A stretch of DNA of 64,000 nt from Tubiluchus corallicola (Eukaryota > Animalia > Priapulida), in the NCBI GenBank assembly GCA_030141605.1, contig JAQGDQ010002371.1, positions 310,001 through 374,000 of the forward strand, given 5' to 3'. Positions 51,001-64,000 of this stretch are shown in pieces. Position 1 is the first letter of the stretch; each line of letters opens with the position of its first letter. The notes below the pieces were generated by a model that had not been told where the DNA came from, searched no databases, and worked only from the letters and a program-made list of their open reading frames with translations. A program made the translations under genes and the position numbers.

Positions 51001-54000
51001 AACTCAAGAAATCGCACCGTTACGGCAAATTAACACCAGTCGTTAACATGCTCCATCGGGTTTTGGGGCTTAACCAATTGAAACTCTCCACGTGGCGCCA
51101 CAAAAGGACGCAGCGACTCGTTTGTAATCTGAGCGACGATTTGGCAACCTATCCCCAAATAATATCTACTCTCCTATATATATATATATATATATATATG
51201 CATTATTATGAAATTTGAAAATGCTCTCTCCCAAACTTTTTGATTGATTTCGATTCGATAAAACGGTTCCTTTCGCTCCAGATTTGCTGTATTCATGAAC
51301 TATACATTTATGTCTCTCTTGATACTTCAAAAGCAGTGAATCAGTTCTCAGTGGTTTCTTTCATCCTCAGTCTTCTCTCGAAAAATTTCTGGAGGCACCG
51401 AAGCACAATATTTTCTTTCGCTTATTCACGACTCAGACATAAATGCAGTGAAATTTTAAAGAGACTGCAAAGCTGTAATGCGCAGAATCGGTCTGCTTTT
51501 TATTTTAACCAAAAGGTCCACAGGGGATTTTTTACAGATCCGTGACAGATACGCAATTGCAGTATATCTGTTGTGTTCAATGGACCTACTCACTTCATGA
51601 AGTTGCACTAGCTTTCACTTTGAGCTCTTCCACTGGTTTACACTCAGAGCCAGTGATCTTCATGATCTTCATTTCGCACCTAAGAGTTATCTGTTGTTCT
51701 GGCTTAGATGTATTGCTTATCCCTGTATGTAAAAGTAAGGTGAGAAACCACGTCCCTCCATTCGTTAAGAAAATCTTTGAGGCCTGGGAACATTGAATAT
51801 GGACCTTGCTGATGTTGCCATGATGCCATCATTGTTCTGCTTTTTCTCACTCCGTTTCAAATGCAGTAGGTTCTGTCACATACTCCAGCGACTCAGGACC
51901 CGCTTCGGAGCTTTCATCTCTATTTTTGTGGCTTGACCATGTCTACTCAAGTGTTCTTAAGACTTTTTCTTTACTGGAACTTTCACTTAAACTGAGTAAA
52001 ATTTCATTATCATGAAAATATAATAAGCATGATCGTACTTTGCCCATTAAATTTAATAACGCCAATATTTTCTACGTGCGGCTTTTATGGTTTTTGAATT
52101 CATGGGTTTGGTCTGACCCAAATGTTTAGAAAGCTACAGTTTCGTTTATAACAAGTGTGTTTCAAGTCAAGTGAATTACTGTCTGCTTGTTATGTACACA
52201 GCTTGATTTTACAGTAGTCTAACAACAATTATATCCAAGTAACAGCTTTCCTGTACCGTGACAGTCGCTCAGTAAAATTGTAACAAGTTTTCAAAACAAC
52301 CGTCGCATTGAGCTTAGACTAATGGTTTAGTGTTTAAACAATTAATTTTAAAATCTCGGGATTGGAAGATCATTGACCAGGGACAATACCACGTTTGTTT
52401 GCCCTCATTTCCTTTTACTCTTCGTATGACCATAAACTAAGCTTAAAATGGGAATGGTATTACCTGTAAATGGTCTGTTTTGGGACGTGCAGTCCCAGGA
52501 TCACTACACCTAAAAAGGTTGACATTCCACGTGGTGGCAATTCTTTATAGAATACCTCATTTTACAAGCGCTATCCAATAAAGTTGAACTATATTTTATA
52601 TACATATAACCAAGTAACCGATACTTTCCAATAAACTGCGCTCATTGTATAAAAGTATGTTCATGTAGTTTCCCTGTGGCTATATTGAAATTTTTAAACA
52701 CTTTCTCACTGTGTGCCAAGATGGCATGCGTGGCAATTTCGGACAATAAATTTTAAAAAAATCATTTTTGCTGGTGTACGTTTTTGTATTCAAAGCACAA
52801 CCAGAAATCTGAGAATACGTCTGACAATGTAATTGGATACAACTTGGCTTTCGGTTGACAGACCACTTGCGGAATGCAGCAGTAAACTTACTGTGTTTTG
52901 TTACTTTTCTAAATTGTATTATTGTAACAGTCACAAATGTTCGCAATGCCTGTTTACCCGCCGGGTCATTGGCTTGCATCAGTTACTTGTTATTCTATTT
53001 CAGTTAGTGTAATTGGCCGGATAATTATGTCTCGTATAGTAAATTTACTATCAAGCAATAAACGCTGTACAAGCAGGGACAGTCTTTGTTTTCCAAACTG
53101 CTGGCACGTAAATATCACTGGTTAAACGAGAAAACCCTTTTTTATGATTGGTTCTAAATTTTGTTAGCACTTTTTATTTTTTCAGCGTAACCATGGATGC
53201 GTTCAAGGACACGTCAACAAAAAAGTATAGCATTATTAAGAGTGGTTCATTATGTTGAAACCATTCTGTTACTTGGCATGCTTTGAACAAATATATTTGT
53301 TTCTAAGCTGATGCTTGTTTTTGACCAAGATTGTGTTTCAAACCTTGGATGTTTATCCTTTGAAGCTCATATTGAAACTCTTTCTTTCATTGTACAGGAT
53401 TTTGTTCTTAATTAATTGCACAACTTTCCTTTCTCAGGATTGGAAAAAAGAGGGCAACCCCATGTTTACATGTTGGCAAAGGGGAAAGTGGAGGAGATGA
53501 AATTCAAAAATCACGAGCGATGTCTAAAAATTACTGCTGAATTGCAAGCAGGTCGAACAGTGTTTCTTTCTTTTGGAAGTGATGCTGAAATTTCAAAATG
53601 GCTGAGAAAATGCATGAAGGTAATTAGCCATTATCTGTTAGACATGTACAGTGGCAAGGATGATAGTCTTTAAAATATTTAATTTAAGTGGACCAACAAC
53701 ACTACCCCTAATTCCAGTAATCACAAGTTCGTGTGAGGTTGGCACGATTTTGTCTGCCCTTAATGACTCAAAATTATAACACCCTTTATGTGTTCTGGTT
53801 TACGTATTTTTTGCTGTTAAATTACAGTTTGTAAACTTTAGCAGCTTATTATCGGTAGTTTTTTTACTTGTTAACTTACTTCTTTAGTTTACCTGTGTTA
53901 TTTTGTTCAACACTTCATGAGACTAACAACCCATTTACGTCATTATTAATTGGACAAATTTGTGCAGTGCTGCAACAAGCAAAAGTTTTGTGACTTGGGC

Positions 54001-56581
54001 TATTTCTATTAATGTATAGTAAAATATTATTAATATGATATATCTATTCCTCCGTAATATGACTAAAATGTGCAAACCGTTCTGAAACTGGACTTTTAAT
54101 GGCCTTTTTCTTGGGTTTTGAGGCCACTTGTGTAACTTCCACTAACTGCTTAATTTTTACATTATATGTGTTCCTAATTTCAGGCAGTAGCAAAGTTACC
54201 AAATTTAGCAGATTTGTCCAATAACCATTTGGAATACATCCCAGAAAATCTGTTTGTGAATGATCGCTTATCTCAGCTGAATCTTCGACACAATGCACTA
54301 AAGGAAAGACCTATAGAGGAAGATATTTACACAATTGGTAGGTGCAAAATCAAAATTGATTCCAAATTGCTTAGCTATCTAGTTATTTCTAACATAAAAA
54401 ATATGGTAGCATACAATTACGTAAAATTTGAATTACTTCTTTTCGTCCAATATTCATTCGGCTTTTTCTGTTATTTAAGTGTGCCATCTGGAACGTTAGT
54501 TGTTTTAAAATTGTAATTAATGAAATTAGATTTAGTTCATTTCACAACAGGTCTTAGCTTGATCTCACAATATGCTGATGTGCTGAAAGAATATGCGGGG
54601 TTTAATAAAAGTACTAAAATACAATTTAACGACTGTAAGATAGATGATCAAAATTTACATGCAGTATTGTATGTGTGAATATAACAGACACTACTTAGCC
54701 TTAATGTATCCTAAAATAATAATGACATTGTGCAAAGCATTAATTTCACCTCCACTTGCAGCTCAGTTGATCTTTAGTTTTTCCGTGTGTTCAGAGTGTG
54801 AATTCGTTACCCACAAGTTGCGCCTCAGGCCTTCATGAATATGTGACTGTTTTATAGTTGTTAGTCTGGCATATTTATTGACTAATGCATTATGCAAAAT
54901 AACAGAACTTATATACTTTTATAACAAACCGTTATGTATGCAGTTCTATATTCGTTTAAACTTGATAATGATATATTTATATTTTAAAATTATTGAAGGT
55001 AGGACATAAGTAGCAAACATCTACATTTTAATTATTTGGATCAACTTCAATTACTATGTGGAAATGTACAATGTATTGTTTGCATATACTTCACTTTTTT
55101 CATTACTTCAACAAACTCGTTTTCATATTCAAGTAACTAAAGCCATTGTAACAATTTCCACAAGTGTTCCACAAAGAAACACAAATTTGTTTTAAATACG
55201 AGTTTAAATTAATTTCATAAATTATTTAAAGTAGTTTTCTTAATTGCATGCCTGCTGTTTCTACAAGTCCTTTATAGTGTTCCTATTGTACCGTGACATT
55301 GAGTTTTCGACTTCATGCATTACCTAATAAATTTAGACCTGTTTCAAACCTTTACAATAAACACCATAAATTTTCTTGAGAGTCAGTTCTGCCCACTTGC
55401 TTCTGACATAAATCATAGATCAGAACACCCATATTTATTTGAAGTGTTTTCCCTTATACTGACGTTATAAAGATCATTAAAGCATTAGCCACCGCCCAGT
55501 TAACCTTGCCACCTCCGATTGTGCTTCATTGTGGCTTATAGGTATGTGGTGCATGTAAACAAACTGATTTAGTAACCTTGTTAAAAATGGACAAAAACTG
55601 TTTTGTTTCCTTATTCATCTGTGAATGTCTTTTTCTTAAGAATTACGTAGTAAATGTGCTTTTTAAAGAAAACTTTGCTGTTTTGGGATCATGTAGAGGC
55701 GTATAATTGCACATATACAACTGGGAGAATATTTTCTATGTTTATACCATTGATATTGTGCACAGCAACTGAACACTGAAACTATAACTAAAACAGTATA
55801 AGGAGTGTCGGGAAATGATTGTCCCACCACCACTCCCCAGGAGAAACCAATAAGAATGGATAAATACTGATAAAACCATGAGAAAGAACATTTTATATCT
55901 GAGTAAGAAACATTAATTTTGTCTTGCTAGGTAGTACTTTGTTATTTGCAGCTTGCAGGGCCGTAAATGGACAGGGTACAATTTGCATTGGTTTCTCAGT
56001 GGGAGTGATGTCTTTATCTTTTTTTCAAGAATGTTGGTGATTTTTTCTGATAACAAGTTTCGAAAAAATTAAAAAAAACTTTAAATAAGAAATATTTTAC
56101 TGATTGAAATGTGTATGTTCATATCTGCTAATGATTACTTTTAAGTACAGCCAAAGCTTTCATTTCCAGACACCCTGTACTTAAATATAATTCATTGTAT
56201 GTAATCTTTCTAGTTACCATATGAAGGTTAAGATTGGTTATAGTAATTATATGTCATCTTTGTATCATCTTGCTATGCAAAAAGATTAAATTTGTTCTGC
56301 AATGAATATGTGTGTTGACTTCAGGCGTAAGTTAAATGCTATAAAGATTTTTGAATACTACAGAGGTCAGCCGACCTTTCCCTCAACATTTAACAGTTTA
56401 TGACTATTACAGGATGGGTGGATGATTTGCCCAGCTTTCAGAATCTCCATACTCTGAATCTATCAGATAACGACATCTTCATATTCCCCAGTGCCATATG
56501 CCACATAACTACACTGCAAGAGCTGAATGTATCCAGTAATAAAATTGAAGAACTTCCACCAATAATAGCCGAGCTTACAAA
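42006..56581 (+). CDS. PHLPP: PH domain leucine-rich repeat protein phosphatase, 5' part (RA, PH, first LRRs); continues beyond the window
   Basis: Exons 42006-42606, 48095-48229, 53438-53619, 54184-54337, 56413-56581, GT-AG and phase-consistent. RA-like GYIRVY...CSLSTTAHQIC...PLALQNEYLTRLGY...LIRFYVGKP. PH domain SGQLYVRKGKVFHQWAKRFVALSGTRLLVYP. LRRs DLSNNHLEYIPENLF, LNLRHNAL, LNLSDNDI, LNVSSNKIEELP. Confidence 0.9.
43850..47470 (+). mobile_element. Near full-length decayed non-LTR retrotransposon (LINE; ORF1 + APE endonuclease + RT) in PHLPP intron 1
   Basis: Coiled-coil ORF1 relic with NIVVFGLAE and RPRPVLV. Endonuclease motifs LLSWNI, DIICLQE, GGIFVYL, IIGDLNVR. RT motifs KSPGCD, CNNYHGISI, EQAG...RGC, VFIDFAK, GVRQ. 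C-terminal ISGHKLATESGK. Many stops and frameshifts. Confidence 0.85.
51176..51199. repeat. (TA)n microsatellite
   Basis: Read directly. Confidence 0.85.
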
Positions 56582-59500
56582 GTAAGTATGTTTGCTATTT
56601 CATTTAATATGTAATTCCCTTCCAACAAACTCGTATCATTTCTGGGAAAAAGGTCATTTTGCAAATTAAGTCTGGGTTTGCTTATTAAAAGCAGTGATGT
56701 ATTCTGTTGTTTTTGCTTAGGACACCTTTTATTTATTCCTTGTTGTACTTGTGTTTAGTGTACATACATATATAACTGTATAGTACTTAGCATGTTAAAA
56801 CATGAAAAATCTAGCAGAACTGGTGCTAAAACCCACAATTACCGGAGTCTAATTCCTGCACGCACTGCGACAAAACAACTTGTGTCAAGGATGGGAGAAC
56901 TACCAATTTTCGTGTGCAATCACCATATTTTACAGAAAGTATAGAGAATTTGCTGTATGTGTCGGATTTGGCAGTTGTTAGCCCAAATGGATAGCATCAG
57001 AATGATAAATTATATTTATATAATTACTGTTATCTGTCAGTTTGTCATTAATATTAGCACACCGTAAGAATAAACTGTGGTATAACTTTATGATATTCTT
57101 TTAATCAAAATAATGCTTAGCTTTATTAAATCTGACTTGTAATTTTTAGTTCTCTGGGAACTTCTTCTTAGACAGATAGAATGTAAGCACTTGAGTGTGA
57201 TATCAGAAAACCTATTTATTGAAATTGTTAAAGCATAAAGATATGATTGATTAGGGGGCTACAATTGACTATTGAGCAAAGCATAAACCCCAGTACATGT
57301 ACAATAAGCACTTCAAATAGCATTTACGAATTTTTTTGCAAAGGAAGCATGTTGTTACGTTTAAGGGGAAATAAATGTTGGCTGATCTCCTTCTAGCTAA
57401 ATTACACCTTTTGTAAATTATAGTGAACGTTTTTCCAAGCATGTGACCTGAGGTGGTCAATGTAATTATTCTTTTTACTTAACATTGATTACAGGTTGAC
57501 TTTCGTTGTAATTTTTAAGCGCCGTTTAGTTGTTCTATTGTGCCTCGATACATCCGTCCAAAGCTTCGCATACAAGCTTTTCCCAATTACAAATCACCTT
57601 TAGATGCTGTCTTTCTAGAGGAACTATATGCTATCTAATTTGATCTGCAAAAGTGTAAAAAGTGTAAGAATGGTATAATAAGAACTATTTATGTCAGTTA
57701 GGACATTTTTTGCTTTTACATGACACGTTTGTTTTCTTACCTGGTATTTCTTTGATCTGAACATGTAATTCTCAGTTGCAAATTGTTCACAGTCGTGTCG
57801 CTGAATGTCGTGTAACCTGAAGGCTGACAGGAATCTATATATTTTCTGGAAAATTGACAGTAAATTGTGTGAGAACTTGACCTATTGGTCGCTAACTGGG
57901 ACGTAATCATCCTATTGAAGCTTATTAGAGTGAACCTGAGGCTCTCTAGTGGCAGCGTGAGACTAGTTAGTTTGGCGAGAACTTGTATTTTAAACAGCAC
58001 AAGCGCTTTATTGTTACATTTATATCATTTTATGGCATCCTTGAACATTTCTTGTCAAAGAGAAGGTGTAAACGCGATTAACAGGTAGTAAAAAACTCAT
58101 ATCGTGTAGGAGAGAAACCTGTTTAGAAGTGGTTTAGAAGGTTTTATTAATCGTAACCCATCAGCAGGCTTTTGCTATTTGGTAAATTTGATAATCTCTT
58201 AATTAGTTAGTTCACCATGCTTGGTACTACCGATGTATTCATAGTATTTTACTCGTGGAACATAAGATGTTGAAATAATAGTACATTTCTAAACAGACGC
58301 TTCACGTTCTCATAAAACAGCTAAACAATAAAGCACAACGACGAGGTACTCAAACAAATACTTTTTCTTTCAAGATATAAGTAAATTTCTAAGTACAACT
58401 GACACACCTGTAGTTGGGTACTGCATACATAATGAAGTTTTGGCACTAAAGTAAACTTACTTCAGTACTATTTTTTGAGACACAACCTTGAATACTTCTG
58501 TGTCTAGTAAACTGCATAATCATAATGTACCGTAGAGCATACCAAAATATTTAAAATCTAAATTTGCAAAAAACGAAAGGTATGTTATTGTTTAGCTGAA
58601 AGTGTCTTAATTTTCTTTTCTTTCACTTATTAAATTCTTTCACTGGCTTAGACTCCAGTTGTTTTGTTTGTTCTATTAAGTTTCTGTGAAATACATGTTT
58701 ACAAAAAAATTCTCATATTCTTTCAACGTGGTCTCAACTACCTGTAGCTGAGTCTGATGTAGGAAATTACCAAAAAATGCTTTTAAATTTAAAAAAAGAG
58801 CTAAAACACAGTTCAAGGCTGTAAAAAGTAAAGACCACTTTGCTGGTACAAAAAATTCATTTCTGCATCTGCACAGAAAACTCTATAGACACACGAAAAT
58901 GTTATCTAGTTGTGAATCTTGTAATTTCTAAAGAACACGAAAGTGACTAGAAGTTAGGAATCATGCAGAGCTGGTCCCTTAAGATGTTCATGTTGATGAT
59001 GTCACGTTGGATCATCATTATGCTTTCACGGGTGATTGTTCTCTTTTTCTGAAAAGCAATTTGGTCCACCTCTAATCTGGGTAATCTGTATTTTACGTTT
59101 CACTTCCTTCAGTCCTTATTACAGTAACTTGCTGGTCTTTCTTTTATTCAATGACCAACAGATTTTTACTTCAGTAAGTTGTATTAAGTACTGTAATTTT
59201 GTTAGCTTAACATGGCACTTTAATATCTGCATGGTAACACTAATAAAATTCATCACTAATGTGGCACGTATTCAAAATATTCTACAACATGTAATTAAAA
59301 ACAGACTCTGTATATTATATTAATAGTACAATCAGGTGAAGGTGAACTTCGCAAATATCTACTTGTATACTTAACTAGAGGAACAAGATGTTCGTGTTAC
59401 ATATTACCGACCTGTAAATACATGTGATATCGTGCAAAGCCACGAGCTTTTTGCACATAATTTGCTCCATCTTGTTACTTATTAAATTGAAGTAAAAATT

Positions 59501-62500
59501 GCTTACTTATTTATTTTCGTAGAATTTCGGTTAAGAAGTTAGACACTAAAGCTTTGAAACTTAACTGTAAGTTTCTAATATTCTTTGATTTTTTATTCAC
59601 CTGGATATTCAATATTTTAATTCTTATCCATTTACGCTAGTAAACTTGACCCAGAATACATGCTCTTGTTTTGCTTCGCTTGCCGATAAGTAAATTTCGG
59701 TTTTGGCAGTCACGCATTCTTTTTCAAAATCGGATTTTGTGTGGAGGGGCGTCATTGTGATTTTCAGTGTCGTGGATTAAAATTCATTATGGAAATCGTG
59801 TTAAGACTTCTCTATCCATTTGTTTAAATGCCAAAACACTATGCTTTTCTTGTCATGGACGACCTCTGAAAAAGCAGCATAGTGCAGGTTTAGTAATTAG
59901 TAATTGCTGTCTTAAGAGTTAGATGGTACAGGTCGTGACCATGTGTATATGGTCATACTGTAAGGTGATTACCCTCTGTAGTATTGTCTTTGACAACTTA
60001 ATTGTCATGTAGAACCGCCATCTTGTATCATCGTCTCTAGGTGAATCAGTTTGTTATACAAATCTCATTTGTAAATCAATTTTGTTGCTTAGTTGATTTG
60101 TCAATGCATTGTATAACTAGGACGCATCGATGGTTTAAAATTCAACGCACAGCAATGGCGGAATTGGGTCTGTTTTTGTACCTTCCACAGTCTCATTTAT
60201 AATTAGCGGTTCATTAATTACACACGTTATATTGTGTGTTTTTACTCAAGCGACGCTATTTCCGGTCTAAAAGGTGACCCGATTCTAGCATATCCGGTTG
60301 ATGGACGGTGCATATACACCGGCAAAATCCGATAAGTACAATTACCGTCACCTGTAGAAACAGCTCTTAAGATGGAAAGTACTGATTGTTTCTGCATAGG
60401 AAATGGCACTCAATGCAGCTGCCTGGCATTTCTTGTGCATATAAGGGGCAGTATAGCGTACCCTCACTAGAAAAGTAAATGCCCATTCACAATTCTATGC
60501 CCTTCACTAAGTAATTCATTTTTCATTTCGATACGTTGTGTGTGTTTATGTCGTTCTATATTCCTCAAATTCAGATACCTAGGACATGATAAATATTGCT
60601 AAGTTACAATATTACTACACTCGCACGTGATTCCATATATAAGCATATTATTGTTTTTAGTATCACGATCAATGAATACTCTGAAGTTATGGCATTCAAC
60701 AACTTAACCAATCTATAACATAATTACGCATTGTAATTGCAAGGATTGGTTCAGAATATCTATATCTTGTGTTCTGTATCTATTGGTGTTGGCGGCCATG
60801 ACATTGTCAGTAAAGAAAGGAATGATGAGTACTGAATAATAAGATTTAGAACATGTATAGCTGTAAAAATAATTACTGTTGTAATAGTGTTATTAAAGGG
60901 TAGGTCTAGTGTGATATGAGGGCACTTATACACTGAAAATCGCAAAAGTCTCTTTGTAAATTGCATTGAAATTGGTGAGGTATCAACATTTATATTGAAA
61001 GTATTATACTTCTGAGATGTTGCTATCGTAAATTGTGATCATAAGCAAGATGGACCAGGGCTTTTATTCAGCCTTTATTCATAGCCGTCGACTATTCCGC
61101 AAAACCAATTTTTCCTCATTTAATACATGACACTGATGAGTGTAAGTTATAGTCAGTTTCAGTTACCATACTACTTAAAATTTGCAGCTATATAATATAT
61201 ACATATATGTCTTTATTTGCCATAAATTAGATTACAATTATAATCTTCTTGCTATTTGGTGTTCACTAACTCACTAATTTCTAGAGAATAGTCTAAAGCC
61301 TAGGGATAAATATATTCTTATATAGAGTAATATGATGTGTTATTTGGAATAATCCTGAGTATTATATAGGACAGAAGTTCAACCGCTGGTGATTATGTAT
61401 TTTAAAAGTCTCTTGCGTGCTGGAATCATAAATTAAATTTTTTCTCTTTAATGAAAGTGCAATTACTATTGTTGCTGTAGACACTCAAGAACATTGGAAA
61501 AGTGTTCTGAAACTCTGTGCCTGCGCCATAAACTGTAATAAACATGTCTTCGTACTGTATTTGCGGAAGTAGACTACGCATACTATATCGTGGGGGCAAA
61601 TGGACACGTTTTTTCTCGAAAATGTTTGAGCGAAAGTACGTTAAGACAGCTTCCCGCGGTTATTGGGCAGCCGGAATTACATGAACGCAAATATTAGAGG
61701 TAGAAAGTCCCGGATTAAATGCTTTGTTCGATACACGAGAAAATAGTATATCAAGATTTGCTATCTCCGGTACGAGGATACCCTGATATCTTGGTTAATC
61801 CCATGGTTATCTTGAATAACAACAACATAATAGATTTTGAAAAGTTTAAGAATTTATCAAGGTACGGTTATTGTGTCCTCTCTGCGTGTTACTGATAGAA
61901 ATCTTCGGCCGTTAAACTGTCTGGTAAATGTAGGCTGCTTCTAATCAACGTAACAGTAATTGGACCATCTTTAGCCTCGCTGTAGTTGCTAGTTTATTTG
62001 ATTTCAAGATGCTTCACTTTCGTTGAATGTCACTACAATACTAAGGTAAGGTAATAAACTTATCATACTATATATAAGGCTGCATAGATAGTATGATATC
62101 AGGATATTCATACAAATCACAAAGTAAAAAAGTATTCAGTTTAAGACAACAATTTAGAAGCTATTCAAGCTAGAATAATTTATGGTATTAGCAATGATAT
62201 TATGTGAGACAAATTAAAAATTCTACTATACCACTAATACTGTACTACGATGACGGCGACGACTATTGCTGCCGCTGCCACTTATCTACTTATCTATCGT
62301 ACTTACTACAACCTATTTTATTGGAATACTTTGGGTATTATACGAATACGATCCAGTTCGATACGTGTAAATATGCTTTTGAAAATATTGAATGAAGTGT
62401 TCACCAGTTTTTTCTTCAAAGCACGTACAAAACATTTTTGTTGATATCAGACAACAGTAACTATTATTGCACTCCCACATTACCTGTAGCGACGCTGTAA

Positions 62501-64000
62501 AATTCATGCAGAGTGAAGCTCTCATCATTCTCTCCGTATTCTTTCACTTCCCTGTACAGTTTTGTCGTGCGACAAAAAGCTTGTTATGTATGCAAATTTA
62601 CAGTTTAATGCCCGACTTCTTTAACAAAACACTGCCGTGTCTACAGTACTTTCTTTACCATGTCTGCGTTGTGTTATCATCAGCGCTTTACTTTGTGCTT
62701 CTTAGCTGAATATTTTTCATCATGTGTTCTCATTGTTATAAGTACTTTCACCGTTTTCGCAATTGCTTTGTCCAATTTCAACCAATCAGTAAGTTTATAA
62801 TTATAGAAAAGTCGCAAAAATAAGAGAAACGTTTCGATGAAATCATTGACAATATTTCACATTAGATTTTGAGAGCAGCATAAAGTTACAATTTCAGACT
62901 GTGTTTTTATATAAATTTTTAGCAATAATTGCTTTCTGCATGGTGTAAACAAGGTAAATGGCCTGAAGTACAAGATTAAAACTCAGATTAAAGACACAAA
63001 TGTCACACCTAGTAAATTACTAGTTAGCTTCCATGGCGTCACTATAGCTATTTATTTTAGGTGCAGTAGACGGCTTTATTAGGGCATTCGTTTTAATATT
63101 TATTTAAAGGCCATTTACATTAATGTATAATTTACATACGGATGTCCGCAGTTATCTCAAGAGTCAGAACTCAAAAGGCCAAGAATGGCATATTTTGGCG
63201 TAGCTGCTACAAAGCTGCGTGGAGTTTATCCACTTGAGAAAAATACCAATATTTGATGCTTTTTAGTTTTTTTTAGTTGGGACAAGTATACTAAAGAAGA
63301 TTCAGTAAAACTGAATGTTGGTGACTAGTGAGGCCCCTGTTTTTTCCATTTGTGACTGTAACACAGCCTTCACATTTGTAAAAAGAAAAGATCACAGTCA
63401 GTGATGTGAAAGGGAATAGTGCTCAGGCCACTTCTCGGATTCTTATTATAAAGCCTGCAGCTCTGATCGTTGGTGCAAATAAACTTTCATTCCTGTACAT
63501 GTACATACTTCAGTTGAGCAGGCATCTCAAGTGCCCATATTCCTTGAAAAGAAATTAGACCACTCAAATTAAATGTAATTTTCTTCTCCATGTGCAATGA
63601 TGCAGGAAGGTGGTTTTACCTATGTTAAATGTCCGTTTCTCGATCTGTCCTGCTAAGCAATTCACTTGTGCACGCTCGTGGGGGTAAATTTGTGCTCGTT
63701 TGCTGTTTGCTCGCTAGCTATGTCCAAGGGCAGACGTGGAGATGTAGAAATTCCCATTCTTACTGTCACCTCCGCGGGTAGTAAAATATTTTGATTTAGA
63801 AAAATGTTGTGTATGTTACTGTTTTGAACGGCTTATTGAAGATATTGCAAGACGTCTCTCGCTTGCTGCTTTTGAAAACGTTGGCAACTACACTGACTAC
63901 AACAGTAATTACCAGAGGCAGCAAGAACGATAATTAGAACAAATCATCATAGCAGCAAAAGCAACAAAAACGACAACGAAAGGCAACAGCAGAGTCATGT

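Noticed and set aside
51240-51900. Possible decayed transposon coding sequence in PHLPP intron 2
   Set aside because: Slightly coding-like composition, but no motif I can assign.
59912-60370. TTAA-flanked MITE with GAG...ACAGGT termini
   Set aside because: The inverted termini are too short and divergent to support a call.
56582-64000. Next PHLPP exon (candidates after AG at 60660 and 61480)
   Set aside because: Both hit stops in the required phase and lack LRR consensus. The exon probably lies beyond the window.
1-64000. CRISPR arrays, rRNA/tRNA genes, prokaryotic operons or defence systems
   Set aside because: No regularly spaced repeat-spacer array or structural RNA was recognised. Gene structure is spliceosomal throughout.

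Overview
AT-rich, intron-rich animal genomic DNA, most likely from an invertebrate. It is not prokaryotic, and I found no rRNA, tRNA or CRISPR array. Four spliced protein-coding genes can be reconstructed by hand with GT-AG boundaries and consistent phases. (1) The 5' part of a class B1 (CRF/DH44-receptor-like) GPCR on the minus strand, running off the left edge. (2) A complete 9-exon gene of about 2063 aa (minus, 15571-28085) with the architecture ankyrin repeats - helical/coiled-coil region - ~1150-aa low-complexity linker - pseudokinase - KEN ribonuclease domain; this is an RNase L-like domain order with no signal peptide or transmembrane segment. (3) A complete 15-exon EFHC1/Rib72 gene (minus, 30650-41611). 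(4) The 5' five coding exons of PHLPP (plus, from 42006), head-to-head with EFHC1. Introns and intergenic DNA hold an Academ-like DNA transposon, a decayed LINE, a split hAT relic, MITE/HINE-like elements, microsatellites and a perfect 136-bp inverted repeat. The standout is the RNase L-like gene. Its kinase has lost the catalytic Asp, its KEN domain has Tyr at the catalytic His position, its linker carries GYF-binding PPPG(F/I) motifs, and paired STAT (GAS) sites lie upstream. All family assignments come from recalled motifs, not database searches.
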